Below are positions 8,152-19,625 of a stretch of DNA of 64,000 nucleotides, piece after piece (position 1 is the first letter of the stretch; every line of letters begins with the position of its first letter). The position numbers and the translations under genes are program-made. Under the pieces are notes generated by a model. That model did no database searches. It was given only the letters and a program-made list of their open reading frames with translations, and was not told where the DNA came from. The stretch is taken from assembly GCA_963749155.1 (NCBI GenBank), contig CAVVLO010000001.1, forward strand, positions 704,001 to 768,000, read 5' to 3'. Source of the DNA: an uncultured Armatimonadia bacterium. GTDB taxonomy: Bacteria > Armatimonadota > Zipacnadia > CAVVLO01.

Positions 8152-11100
8152 ATGGACGAAAAACAAGCACAAGGTAAGGTTACAGGGCCTAGTCTGTGGG
8201 TGGCCGGCTCGATCGCCCTCCTGCTGGTCGTCGGGATTCTCTTCACCTGGTGGACGGCAATGCGGGCTGACCGAGAGATGCGCGCCGACCTGATGCAACA
8301 GGCGCGGTTGGCGGCTCAAGCGGTGAGCCTTGAGCGAGTCCAGGCGCTTGCCGGCTCAGAGGCGGAGCTGACCAGCCCTGACTATCTCCGACTCAAGAAG
8401 CAGTTGGATGGTATCCGCACGACCAACCCCCAGTGCCGGGGCCTCTACCTCATGGGGCGCCATCCCGACGGGACGGTGTTCTTCCTCGTAGACACCCAAA
8501 ACGACGCGACGGAGAACTCTCCGTCCGCCTTGCCTGGGGAGCTCTACCCCGATGCATCCGATGAACTCAAAGCCCTCTTTGCCACCGGAGTGCCTTTCGT
8601 GGAGGGCCCGCTGCCCGATGAGTGGGGCGTTTGGGTCTCGGCCCTGGTCCCGCTGACCGACCCCGACACCGATGCCGTGATCGCGGTCGTGGGGATGGAT
8701 ATCGATGCTGGTGACTGGAACCTGAAGGTGGCAGAAAGGGCAGCCCTGCCCGTGGGGCTGATGCTGCTATTGCTTATAGGCGGGGTTACCGCTCTGGCCA
8801 TCACCCGCCGCGTGAGTGCTTCGCCCAAGCCGGTGCTGCGTCGCCTCTTGCTCCCACATGCAGTCCTGGTGGTGCTCTTTCGACGGTCGGCGCGGGGGCG
8901 CTTCTCTGGCAGCAGCATCAGCAGCAAGTTACCCAGACCATCGCGAGCCATGATGCCGAAGTCGCGAGGGACCTGCGCACAATCCTGGAGCAGCAGGCCT
9001 CTGGCCTGGCCACCGCCCTTCAGCCCATCACCGCAGATGTCAGAGTGCAGCAAGCCCTGCGCAAGGGCGACGCCGCTAGTCTGCTGACCGTCTGGCGCCC
9101 TGTCTTCGAGAGCATGCACAGCGAGAACAAGGTGACCCACTTCGTCTTCCTGGATGCGAAACGCGTCTGCCTGCTGCGGGTTAATAAACCAGACAAGCAT
9201 GGCGATCGGATTGATCGATTCACGGCGCTCGAGGCGGAGCGGACTGGCAAGACCGCTTCGGGAATTGAACTCGGACTACTAGGCACCTTTACTCTGCGAG
9301 TAGTGCGACCGGTCTTCGAGGCTGGCACTCTTGTCGGTTATGTGGAACTCGGCAAGGAGATCGAAGATGCCATGCAGGTGCTGCATACCCGGTATAACAG
9401 CCAGTTAGTCATCTGCATCAGAAAGGAATACCTGGACCGGGAGGAGTGGGAGAGCGGTATGCGCCTGCTCCAGCGGCAGCCTGACTGGGATCGCCTTGCC
9501 CACTACGTCGTCAGCTATTACTCGCAGGGCCGCCTGCCCAACGCCTTCGCAACTTGGGCCGATAAGGTATTGGGTACCGAACAGAGCGACAAGAAGGACC
9601 ACGAATTTGACCTGGGCGGAGAAGTCTGGCGCGTGGCCAAAACGCCCTTGCAGGAGGCCTCGGGCAGGGAGGTCGGTGACCTGCTGTTCCTGGATAACAT
9701 CACTGCCGACAAAGTGGCTTTTACGCGGCTGCTTGTCCTGGCCAGTATCATTGCCGGAGTCGTGTTGGCTCTGCTTCTAGGTTACATCCTTGTCCTGCTT
9801 GCACGCACCGATGCGGCTATCCGCGCCCAGCAGCGAGAACTGCGCGAGAGTGAGGAACGGCATCGGTTGCTCTTCGACCAGTCCTGGGACGCCCTTATGA
9901 CCCTGGCCCCCCCGTCGTGGAAGTTCACTTCGGGCAATCCGGCGGCCTACAAGCTCTTCGGCATCCAGGATGAGGCGGAATTTACCAGCCTGGGACCATG
10001 GGACCTGGCCCCTGGACTGCAGCTAGACGGCCTTCCCTCAGCTGAGAAGGCCAAGAATCATATTGAGACGGCCATGCGCGAGGGTTCCCACTACTTCGAG
10101 TGGACTCACCGGCACCTCAGTGATGGCACGGATTTCCCTGCCACGGTGCTGCTGACCAGGATGGAGCAAGAGGGACAAGTTTTTCTTCAGGCTACAGTAC
10201 GCGACAACACGGCCCAGAAGCGGGCGGAGGAGGCCCTAAGGGAGAGGGACATCTTCCTGACCAACCTCTTGGACACACTCCCCATCCCCGTTTTTTACAA
10301 GGACCAGGAGGGACGGTACCTGGGGCTGAACAAGGCCTTCATGACTTTCCTCGGGAAGTCGCGAGAGCAACTGCTGGGGAAGACCGTCTTCGAAGTCAAC
10401 CCGACGGAACTTGCGGCCGTCTTCCACGCCAAAGATCTGGAGCTGATGGAGAGAAGGGGCCTGCAGCAATACGAGGCTCAAGTAATGGACGCCAGTGGAG
10501 TAATGCGCGACGTCATCTTCTACAAGGCGACCCTGACAACTAGCCAGGGCGACCTGAACGGTCTTGTCGGGGCCATACTGGACATCACCGAGCGCAAGCA
10601 AGCGCAGGAAGTGCTAAGTCGCTCCCACGAGGAGCTTGAGCGCCGGGTGACCGAGCGCACCGCCCAGCTGCTGGAGGCCAACAAGGAGCTTGAGGCTTTT
10701 GCCTACTCGGTCTCGCATGATCTGAGGGCGCCCCTTCGCACTCTCAACGGCTTCTCGAATATCCTCTTGAAGAGCAATGACGAGGCGCTGGACGAGCAGT
10801 CCAGGCACTATCTTGACCTTATCGGCAAAGGCGCCCTGCGTATGGACCGGCTGGTATCAGGCCTGCTGGAATACGCTCGCACCAGCCAGGCAGCGATGGA
10901 GCCTGACTGGTGTTATCCCGAGGCTCTGGTGCGGGAGCTGCTGGAGGGGCTGGGTACCCGCTATCCTACCGCTACCTTAAAGATAGAGCCTCTACCTAAG
11001 TGCTGGGCTGATCCCCAACTCCTGCACCAGGTGTGGCAGAACTTGCTTGATAACGCATTGAAGTTCTCCTCAACCCGGGAGGACGCTGTGGTCCAGGTAG

Positions 11101-11525
11101 GTGGCCGGCGCGAGGGCGAGGAGATCGTCTATTTCGTGAAAGACAATGGCGAGGGCTTTGACCCCACTTACTCTGAGAAGCTTTTCAAGGTGTTCCAGCG
11201 CTTGCATACCGATGAGCAATTCGAGGGCATCGGGATCGGGCTTGCGATAGTGGGCAGCCTCATTGGAAGGCACGGAGGGCGTGTCTGGGCGGAGTCCATC
11301 CCCGGAGAGGGAGCGACTTTCTTCTTCAGTCTCCCGGCCGTCAGAGAAAGGCAGAGACTGACCGGGCAACAGACCAGTAGGCAGAGGGGGACGGGCCAGG
11401 TTTACGGGTGCCACAAGCCAGCCGAAGGGTTGCTCCACCCTTTGGGCCGGTGCTGTGTTACACTCTCTCTTATGAACCAGTCCAGTTGCTGGAGTGTGCA
11501 ATTCGTGGGAGTCAGGCGCAGGTGA
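8152..11525 (+). CDS. Multi-sensor membrane histidine kinase (two extracytoplasmic Cache-like domains, 2 PAS, HisKA, HATPase); frameshift near 8880; true stop probably near 11360
   Basis: H-box FAYSVSHDLRAPLR, N-box NLLDNALKF, DNGEGF, GIGIGL. Confidence 0.88.
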
Positions 11526-12619
11526 GAGGCCTCCTGGTCGCTTTGCTGCTTGTCCTGTCGGCTGGCCTTGCCGTCGCCGCGGAGCTTGTTTATTTTACCG
11601 ATCCGTTTTGCCCCGAGTGTGGTCAGTCTCGCCCCCTGCTTGAAAAGGCTCTGGCAGTGCATCCTGAATTCACACTGCGCGAGATCGATGTCTCGAGGAG
11701 AGAGGGGCTGGCGGAGCGCCGCAAGCTGGAAGAAGCCGCTGGCATCTCCGTCCTCGACCGCGGTCACACACCCGCCGTGCTGGTCGGCAATCGGGTGATA
11801 TACGGGCTGGACCAGTTCGCGCGGCTGTCCGAGATATTGACCGAGTCTGTCTCTGAATCCGTTACCCCCCCTACTGTGACAGGGAAGGCCTCGCTTTGGC
11901 TGGTGCTGCTCGCCGGGCTGGCCGATGGAGTGAATCCCTGCGCGGCTGCGGCGGTGCTCTTCTTCGCCGCGATGATGACCCGGATGGGGAAAGGTCGCAA
12001 GGGCATCTTGCTGCTTGGGGGAGGCTTCCTGGTCGGGTTCGTCCTGGGCTACCTGCTGCTGGGAGTCGGTCTGCTGGCGGGATTGAAGAGTATCCTGGTT
12101 GGGCAGGGGGTAGCGTCGGCGCTATATGGCCTGTTCGGCCTGGCCTGTCTTGGGCTGGCAATACTGGCTTTCAGAGACGCCGCGCGCTCCTGGCGCAGTG
12201 GTAAAGCCGAGGTAAGCCTCGGGCTGCCGCCCTTCCTCAAGCGGGTGGAGCACCGGCTGACCCGCTGGGCGACCAACTCGCGCTGGCTACTGCCGGCAGG
12301 CTTCTCGCTTGGCTTTGCGCTGACGCTGGTCTCTTTCGTCTGCACGGGGCAGCTCTATATCCCAGTACTGACGGGCATCGCCTCAGCAAAAACGAGTATC
12401 GCGAGCAGCTTCCCGCTGCTGCTGCTCTACAATCTGGCTTTTGCCATCCCGACTGCGCTGGTGCTGGGCGCCTGCGCGGCTGGAGTGGGTAGTGAGCGTC
12501 TGGGCGCTTTTTTCAGCCGGAAGGTGGCCGCTTCGCGCCTGGCGATGGGGATTGCGTTTATGCTGCTGGGAGTGTGGCTGCTGGAACTCGCCTGGAAGAG
12601 TCGCTTGCTGGTAGGCTAG
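11522..12619 (+). CDS. Glutaredoxin-like CxxC domain fused to a CcdA/DsbD-beta (cytochrome c biogenesis) transmembrane domain
   Basis: Signal peptide, FTDPFCPEC, then multi-TM region with LADGVNPCA and SFVCTGQLY. Confidence 0.8.
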   Translation: MRGLLVALLLVLSAGLAVAAELVYFTDPFCPECGQSRPLLEKALAVHPEFTLREIDVSRREGLAERRKLEEAAGISVLDRGHTPAVLVGNRVIYGLDQFARLSEILTESVSESVTPPTVTGKASLWLVLLAGLADGVNPCAAAAVLFFAAMMTRMGKGRKGILLLGGGFLVGFVLGYLLLGVGLLAGLKSILVGQGVASALYGLFGLACLGLAILAFRDAARSWRSGKAEVSLGLPPFLKRVEHRLTRWATNSRWLLPAGFSLGFALTLVSFVCTGQLYIPVLTGIASAKTSIASSFPLLLLYNLAFAIPTALVLGACAAGVGSERLGAFFSRKVAASRLAMGIAFMLLGVWLLELAWKSRLLVG

Positions 12620-12633
12620 ACGGACTCCACTTC

Positions 12634-12655
12634 ACAGGGGGAACCTCCCCCTGTA
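12634..12655. terminator. Hairpin between convergent genes
   Basis: ACAGGGGG-AACCT-CCCCCTGT. Confidence 0.45.
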
Positions 12656-12692
12656 CCCCCGAATTCGCTTCGCGCGCTTGAAGTCAGACTCT

Positions 12693-13919
12693 TCAGTCGT
12701 AGCAGTAAGCGCGAAGGACTTCCTCAGCGGTGGGCAGTTTCCAGGAGCCATCTGGCAGGCGCTCGGTAGTCTCTTTCAGACGCCAGACGAGTTGGCCGCA
12801 GGTATAAGTCTTGTAGCCGAACATCATCGCACAAAGGCAGGTCTTCTCGCCGTTGCCAGGCTCTTTGCCGTAATGCTGAGCGTTGTACGAGCAATAGCCG
12901 TCCTTGTCGAGGCCATAGCCATAAGCCTCACACATTGGCTCGATTCGCATCGTAATGGCTGGGGAAGACTTCAACATCCGCATCGGGTAGCCAGTAGGCG
13001 AACAGAGATTAACCTCAACGTCGTCTTCTTCGGCTTCCAGGAAGAGCTGCTTGACCGGGTCAGGCAGTCCAGCTTCCTGGCTGATGGCAAAGCGCGTGGC
13101 CACCTGTACGCCCGCGGCGCCGCGCTTCATAAAATCGAGTGCGTCTTCGGCTGTGAACACGCCACCAGCGGCGAGCACGGGGATATCAAGAGACTGCTCT
13201 CTAACCAGTTGCAGCACTTCGTCCAGAATAATACCCAGGTCAAAATCTTGCCAGTTGAGGGGAAAGCCGAGATGCCCTCCCGCCAGTGGCCCTTCAACGA
13301 TTATGTAGTCCGGCAGCCTGCTAGCGCGGGCGGCGCGATTGAGGAACAACTTGAGCGCCCTGGCGGAGGAGACAATTATGCCGATATGCGCATCGCGGAA
13401 CCTGGGGTTGGCTTTCATCAGGTCCATACTGGCCAGATGCAGCCCTGCGCTAAGCGTGATGCCATCGGCGCCTGCGTCAAGGGCGGTGTTGAGGCGGACC
13501 GAGAGGCTCTCCTTCGGCGCGCCCATAAGGAGCTTCTCCATCACGTTGACGAAGATGCCCCCCTCGCCGCGTTTGGCGTTTACAGCGGAGCCGACATAGA
13601 GCTCGGTTGCCTTGCGGATATCGGCCAGGTCGACGACGATGCCAGCTTTGTCAGGTTTGCCTACGTGGTCGCGATAACGCGCTAACTGGTTTTTTACCAG
13701 ACTGGTACCAAAACGTCGGTCAGCTACCGCGGGCAGCATTGCCTCAGAAAGATGCCCGATACCACCCAACCGGGCGATTTCGAGCGCAAGCGCGGGCACC
13801 GAGATATCTACTCCCATCCCCCCGACAACCAGCGGGAGGTACTCACGCTGACCAAGGCGCAGGGATGAATTAGCGAGCTGTGTTATAGCGATACTCCTCG
13901 ATTGCGGCGCAGAATGCAA
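12693..13919 (-). CDS. Nitronate monooxygenase / 2-nitropropane dioxygenase family flavoprotein
   Basis: PLVVGGMGVDIS, VEGPLAGGHLGF, IPVLAAGG, GVQVATRF, SPTGYP motifs. Start may be ATA at 13886. Confidence 0.88.
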   Translation of the reverse strand: MHSAPQSRSIAITQLANSSLRLGQREYLPLVVGGMGVDISVPALALEIARLGGIGHLSEAMLPAVADRRFGTSLVKNQLARYRDHVGKPDKAGIVVDLADIRKATELYVGSAVNAKRGEGGIFVNVMEKLLMGAPKESLSVRLNTALDAGADGITLSAGLHLASMDLMKANPRFRDAHIGIIVSSARALKLFLNRAARASRLPDYIIVEGPLAGGHLGFPLNWQDFDLGIILDEVLQLVREQSLDIPVLAAGGVFTAEDALDFMKRGAAGVQVATRFAISQEAGLPDPVKQLFLEAEEDDVEVNLCSPTGYPMRMLKSSPAITMRIEPMCEAYGYGLDKDGYCSYNAQHYGKEPGNGEKTCLCAMMFGYKTYTCGQLVWRLKETTERLPDGSWKLPTAEEVLRAYCYD

Positions 13920-14070
13920 CTGCTGACGCCGGCTTATGGCCTACAGCAGGCACGCGACCTCGCTCCAGAACCACCGATAACAGGGCGCGAAAAACTACCG
14001 GTCAAAAACCTCAGGACGACCAAGGCATAGAATACCAGATTAGGTTTCTGAATGCCAGCTATATATTGGT

Positions 14071-14108
14071 CAAAAGGAAAGAGGAGAGCCCCCTCGCTCT
14101 CCTCTTTC
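14071..14108 (-). terminator. Intrinsic terminator, 13-bp stem
   Basis: GAAAGAGGAGAGC-loop-GCTCTCCTCTTTC followed by CTTTT on the minus strand. Confidence 0.7.
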
Positions 14109-14270
14109 AAGCCTCACCCAGGGAGGCCGGCACAAATCAGGTCTGGTCTAATACCTTCTGCTTACTTAATATACCTCCTGCAGCCCTGGATATAACCTTG
14201 GAGCCGGGACAGGAATTGGGCAAGCGGGTATAGAATCCAGCTGGTAGTTGATTGCTTGCGGGGGGCCGGT

Positions 14271-15867
14271 ATGCGCGCGCCAGTGATTGTATTGTTGTTG
14301 GTTAGTCTGGTTGGCACTCTGGCAAGAGCTGAAGGAAGCTTTGCCAATCCTCTCGGGGTGCCAGTCGCCGACCCTTTTGTGCTTCAGCTTGAAGGTCAAT
14401 ATTATCTGTATGGCACCTGGGAACCCAACCCCGCGGCCGGCGTGCCGGTTTTTACCTCGAGTGACCTGGTGCACTGGCGCTGGCAAGGGTTTGTCCTTCA
14501 ACCAGGCAACAAAACCTGGGCACAGACCCACTTTTGGGGCCCCGAAGTAATCCAGCGCGAGGGGCATTTTCTGTTGGTCTGCTCCGCCTCACCCCAAAAA
14601 GAAGGCACCACGCCTTTGAGGATGGGGCTTGTGGTAGCTGAAAGCGACTCACCGCTTGGCCCCTTCACAGAGGTCTGTGCCCCACTGCTGGCGCCCGACG
14701 CGCCCGACGAAGCCATCGATGGGCATATATTCCGGGATGAAGACGGCAGCCTTTGGCTCTACTTCACTCTGGTCACACAAGGGAGAAACGAGATCCGGGT
14801 CGCGCCTCTTGCGCCTGACCTGCTCTCGCTTGCAGGTGAGTCTTCCCTCTGCACCCGCCCCGAGCAGCCCTGGGAGAGCCATCCCTGGCAGGGTCATGTG
14901 GTCAACGAGGGGGCCTTCCTGACAAAGCACACCGGCGCCTATTACCTTATATATACAGCGAACCATTTTCTTGATCCGGACTATTGCCTTGGGTATGCAA
15001 CTGCTCCTTCTCCGACCGGCCCGTGGACGAAAGCGGCGGAGAACCCGATCCTCGCCCGCACCGGCGCCGTTGCCGGACCGGGCAGCGGTTCCTTGATCAA
15101 CTCTCCCGATGGGACTGAACTCTTGGCTGATTTATCACACCCATAACAGCCTGGCCCAGGTGGCGCCGCGTCAGCTCGCGATGGACCGCGTCCACTTCGA
15201 ACCTGTCACATCGGGCCCTGACCGGCTGGTGGTGGAAGGCCCAACTCGCTCGCCCCGGCCGCTGCCAGGCGGCGCTCCAGAGTGGCCAGAGGCCACTTCG
15301 GATGAGTTTGAGGGCGCAGCCCTTGACCGGAGTCAGTGGTTCCTCCTCAACGAGCGACCGGAGGCTTTCTGGGTGGCCGAGGGCAGTCTTTGGATACGTC
15401 CGACTAACGGCGACATGTGGACCTGGCGCGACGATTTCGGCAACCTTTTTTTGCAGGAGGCCCCACCTGAGCGCTGCGAGGTGACCGCCCGTTTGAGGTT
15501 CGGGCCTCAGATGAATTACGAGCAGGCCTATATCCTCTTCTATCAGGACCACGACAACTGGGCGCGTCTCTCAACACTCTGGGCGGACGGGCCCAAGCTC
15601 GCTTTTGGCTGGGAAATCGACGGCCAGTATCAGCAGGTCATCGTGCCAAACCAGCTCGGGCGCGCCCTCTACCTCAAACTCTGTCGCAAGGGAGACGTCT
15701 ACACCGCCCTTGTTAGTAGTGATAAGAAGGACTGGCTGCAGGTTGGAGAACCGACTACCGTCCTACTTTATTGCCCAAAAGTCGGCCTGGGCGCTTTGGC
15801 GACGACCGATGCCAGTTCTCCCTCGCTGGCCCAGTTTGAGAGCTTCCAGTTAAGTCCCTTGCCCTGA
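14271..15867 (+). CDS. Secreted glycoside hydrolase family 43 with C-terminal concanavalin-like (DUF1349-like) domain; frameshift near 15125
   Basis: ADPFVL, FWGPEV, AIDGHIFRDEDG, VNEG motifs. Confidence 0.85.
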
Positions 15868-15932
15868 ACCTGCAGGGAGTAGCGTCCTCCTGTTAAATAC
15901 TTCCCCGACACAAAAAGGACAAGGTGAATCCA

Positions 15933-17181
15933 ATGGCAAACGGTTTCTTCAAAAAACCTGTAACCCGCAAGCAGGCGGTCAAACTGGCTGGTGCTGGTAT
16001 CGCGGCGCTAGCGCTTGGCCCAGAGGCTGTATTCGGAGGCGAAAACAATATGGACGATTCTCGTAAAATACGTATCGGGGTGGTTGGCGGAGGTTTCGGT
16101 ACCGATTTCCAGTGGTCCGAGCACCCAGGCTGCATCGTCGAAGCGGTCAGTGACCTGCTGCCGGTGCGCAGGCAGATACTGCAAGATGTGTATAAATGTC
16201 CCAAAGCTTACAATTCGCTGGAGGAACTCATCCTCGATCCCAAAGTAGAGGCCGTTGCGGTCTTCACCGGCGCGCCGGATCACGTGCGCCATGCGGTCGC
16301 GGCGATGCGCCACGGCAAACACGTTATCTCGGCCGTGCCCGCTGCCATCACGCTGGAGCAGGCTGAAGAGCTGCTGGCTGTGAAAGAAGAAACCGGCCTG
16401 ACTTATATGATGGCCGAGACCAGTTATTACCAGCAGGCGGCCATCTCGGCGCGCAAGTTCTGGAATGAGGGGCAGCTTTGGCAACCTGGTCTTCTGCCGG
16501 GCAATGTATCATCACCCAGGCCTCGAGACGCTGTGGTTCAACGCCGATGGTTCGCCCACCTGGCGCCATAGTTATCCGCCGATGCTGTACCCGACTCATA
16601 GCACGGCCTTTCTCGTCGGAATCACCGGCGACCGGCTGACCGAGGTCTCGTGTATCGGTTGGGGCGATGGCGCGGACATAATGAAAAACAATCAATACCA
16701 TAATCCCTTCTGGAGCGAGGCGGCTTTCTTCGAGACCGACCGCGGGGGCAGCTTCGAGATGGAAATCTTCTGGAAGGCCGCCGTCGGCGGTTGCGAGCGC
16801 GCCGAGTGGTATGGCGATCAGATGAGCTTCTATATGGCCCATCCCAACGGCCTTGGCCCCATCATCCGCCGCGCCAGCGAGCAGGTCGAGAAAGACGATG
16901 CCGGCTTCGAGCGCACTTTGGCGACCTATGAGGCCTATCAGCAGCCTCTCTGGTGGCAGACCGATATGCTGCCCGAGCCGCTTCGCCATGACAGCGGCCA
17001 CGATGGCTCGCATACCTTCCTGACCCACGAGTTCGTCTCGGCGCTGCTGGAAGAGCGCGCCCCCACGGTGGACATCTACGAGGCGCTTTCCTACACCGTG
17101 CCTGGCATCGTCGCGCACGAGTCGGCAATGAAACAGGGCGAGCATCTGCGCATCCCCGTCTACCACAGACCCAAGGCATAA
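15933..17181 (+). CDS. Gfo/Idh/MocA family oxidoreductase with Tat-like leader; frameshift near 16475
   Basis: RIGVVGGGFG, GKHVISAVPA, YMMAETSYY, GHDGSH; leader TRKQAVK. Confidence 0.85.
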
Positions 17182-17193
17182 AGGAGCAACCTG

Positions 17194-18443
17194 ATGCCCA
17201 AAGTGAAAGTAGGTGTGTTCGGCGGAGGCCGGGGCACCTCAATGGTGAACCAGCTCGCGCTTCATCCGGATGCGGAGCTTGTTGCGATCTGTGATGCCAA
17301 TCCGGCCATCTTGAGCAACTGTCGCAAGGTGGCCGAATCGGCAGGCAGCCAGGTGAGGCTGTATAGCGACTTCGATGAGTTCCTGCAGGACGATATGGAG
17401 GCCGTCGTCCTGGCCAACTATGCGACCGAGCATGCCCCCTTCGCCGTGCGGTTGCTGGACTCGGGCCGGCATGTCTCGAGCGAAGTGCTGGCCTGCCAGA
17501 CCCTCGCCGAGGCGGTCGCGCTGGTCGAGGCCGTCGAGCGCAGCGGCAAGGTCTACAGCTATGCGGAGAACTACTGCTACTTCCGCGGGACGCTCGAGAT
17601 GAAGCGCCTCTACCAGCAGGGCGATATCGGCGAGTTCCTCCATGGCGAGGGCGAATACGTCCACGACTGCGAGTCCATCTGGGTGCATATCACCCGGGGC
17701 GAGCGCCAGCACTGGCGCAACTGGATTCCCGCTACTTTCTATTGCACCCACTCGACCGGCCCGTTGCTCACGATTACGGGCACGCGCCCGACCCGCGTCA
17801 CAGCCTACGAGACGCCCAACCTCAACTGCCAGAAGTTCGGCAGGCGCGGCGCGGACGGCGCGGTTATCCTCTGCCAGATGAGCAACGGCGCGACGACCAA
17901 GTTTCTGCCCTGGAGCAACTTCAAGCGCGAGCCAGGCTCCATCTGGTACAGCGTCTACGGCAGCAAAGGGATGATGGAGACCAATCGCTGGGCTGGCGGA
18001 AGCGACCAGTTGAATGTCTACTCGAGGGAGACGAGCAGCGTTGCTACACGCCTGATTTCCCGCTGGCGGAGAAACTTGCCGCGGCCGGCGGGGGCCACGG
18101 CGGTTCGGACTTTTACACGATGCATTACTTCCTCGAGGCTATCCTCGGCCGGCCGGACGGCGCCGAGTCCATTGACGTGTATCAGGGCCTCGATATGACG
18201 CTGCCGGGCATCCTGGGCTATCGTTCTATCTGGGAGAACAACGCCGCCCTCGAGGTGCCCGACCTGCGCGAGGCTTCTCTTCGTGACAAATATCGAAACG
18301 ACCACTGGTGCGTGGACCCGAAACTCGCCGGCCCAGGTCAGCCCGAGTGGAGCAACCACTGGGGCCCCATCGAGCCTGATGAGGCCCTCTACGAAGACCA
18401 GCGCCACGCCTGGCGCAAGCTGATTGGGGAGGAGGAAGCCTGA
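17194..18443 (+). CDS. Gfo/Idh/MocA family oxidoreductase; frameshift near 18025
   Basis: KVGVFGGGRG, GRHVSSEV, YAENYCY, GEGEYVHD, GHGGSDF. Confidence 0.85.
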
Positions 18444-19567
18444 TGGGTCCTCGCGCAGAGCTTGCACTCGAGGTACTGGAGGGACGCCCGGCAAAGGGCA
18501 TCCCTTCGTGGATCCTCCACGTGATGGAGCATCGCTTTATCGAGAAATTCGCCGGCGCTCAGCCTGGTGAATACGTAAAGAACCACGTGCAGGTCTATCT
18601 CGACTGCCAGCATGAGCTGGGCGCGTGTATGGTAGACCAGTATATCCCCGACAATCCGCTCTCCATCGGCTGTCACGGCTATGAGGGAGGGGCCCACGGG
18701 GCCACTACTGGGGCCACCGAGATAGTGCTGGATGGCCTGGTGATAGACTCTCCGGAGGCTGTCTGCCAGCATCTGGAGCAGTTCGTCTTCCCGGCGCTCG
18801 AGGCCCAGCCTGCGCCTGATGAAGCTGCCATCGCACAGGCCATCATCGCGAGCGAGCAGAGCGTCCAGGCTTTTATCGAGCCCTGGGATCTGCTCAAGAC
18901 GCCTTATGGCGTTGCGCCCTTCCCCGGACTCGCCTATGGCAGTTACGGTTACGCCTACTACTTTATGGCATGCGCCCTCTATCCCGAGGTCATCGAGCGA
19001 CACTTCTCCCTGCAGGCCGACTGGTCCGAGCAATACAACCGCGGTGTCGCGCGGGCTTATGTGGAGGGCAAGCTGCCGAATTTCCTGCGCCTCGACCACG
19101 ATATGGCGGACTCTCGCTCCACCCTCAACCGCGAAGACTGGCTGGATAGCTACTGGTTCCCGCACTTCGAGCGCTCTATCCGCCCCCTCGTCGACGCGGG
19201 GATAGACTGCATCTGGCACTGCGACGGCAACCTGATGGCGATGGTGCCGCGCCTGCTCGATTGCGGGCTGGTGGGCTTCCAGGGCTTCCAGTATGAGGAC
19301 GGGATGGACTACGAGAAGATCTGCGGGATGAAGACTCGCGAGGGGGAAGAGCTGCTGATTATCGCTGGCGTCTCGGTAACGCGCACTCTGCCCTTCGGCA
19401 CCCCCGAGGACGTGAAGCGGGAGATAGACTTCCTGGTGGAGCACGGCCCCAAAGGGCGTCTCTTCCTCGCCGGATCGAGTTCAATCGCCCCCGGTGTCTC
19501 GTGGGACAACCTCGTCACTCTGCGCGACGGCCTCGCCTGGTACCGCGAGCACGGGCGGAAGGGGTAG
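18443..19567 (+). CDS. Uroporphyrinogen decarboxylase (URO-D/MtaA-like) family protein
   Basis: DHDMAD, IWHCDGN, TLPFGTPEDVKRE, SSSIAPGVSWDN. Confidence 0.75.
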   Translation: MGPRAELALEVLEGRPAKGIPSWILHVMEHRFIEKFAGAQPGEYVKNHVQVYLDCQHELGACMVDQYIPDNPLSIGCHGYEGGAHGATTGATEIVLDGLVIDSPEAVCQHLEQFVFPALEAQPAPDEAAIAQAIIASEQSVQAFIEPWDLLKTPYGVAPFPGLAYGSYGYAYYFMACALYPEVIERHFSLQADWSEQYNRGVARAYVEGKLPNFLRLDHDMADSRSTLNREDWLDSYWFPHFERSIRPLVDAGIDCIWHCDGNLMAMVPRLLDCGLVGFQGFQYEDGMDYEKICGMKTREGEELLIIAGVSVTRTLPFGTPEDVKREIDFLVEHGPKGRLFLAGSSSIAPGVSWDNLVTLRDGLAWYREHGRKG

Positions 19568-19625
19568 GGGGGTAAGGGAGGCCCCGCAAAGGGCTTCCCT
19601 GGGTAACATAACTCGTCCTCGTCCC

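Noticed and set aside
12678..13685. 335-aa plus-strand ORF
   Set aside because: It is the antisense shadow of the nitronate monooxygenase gene.
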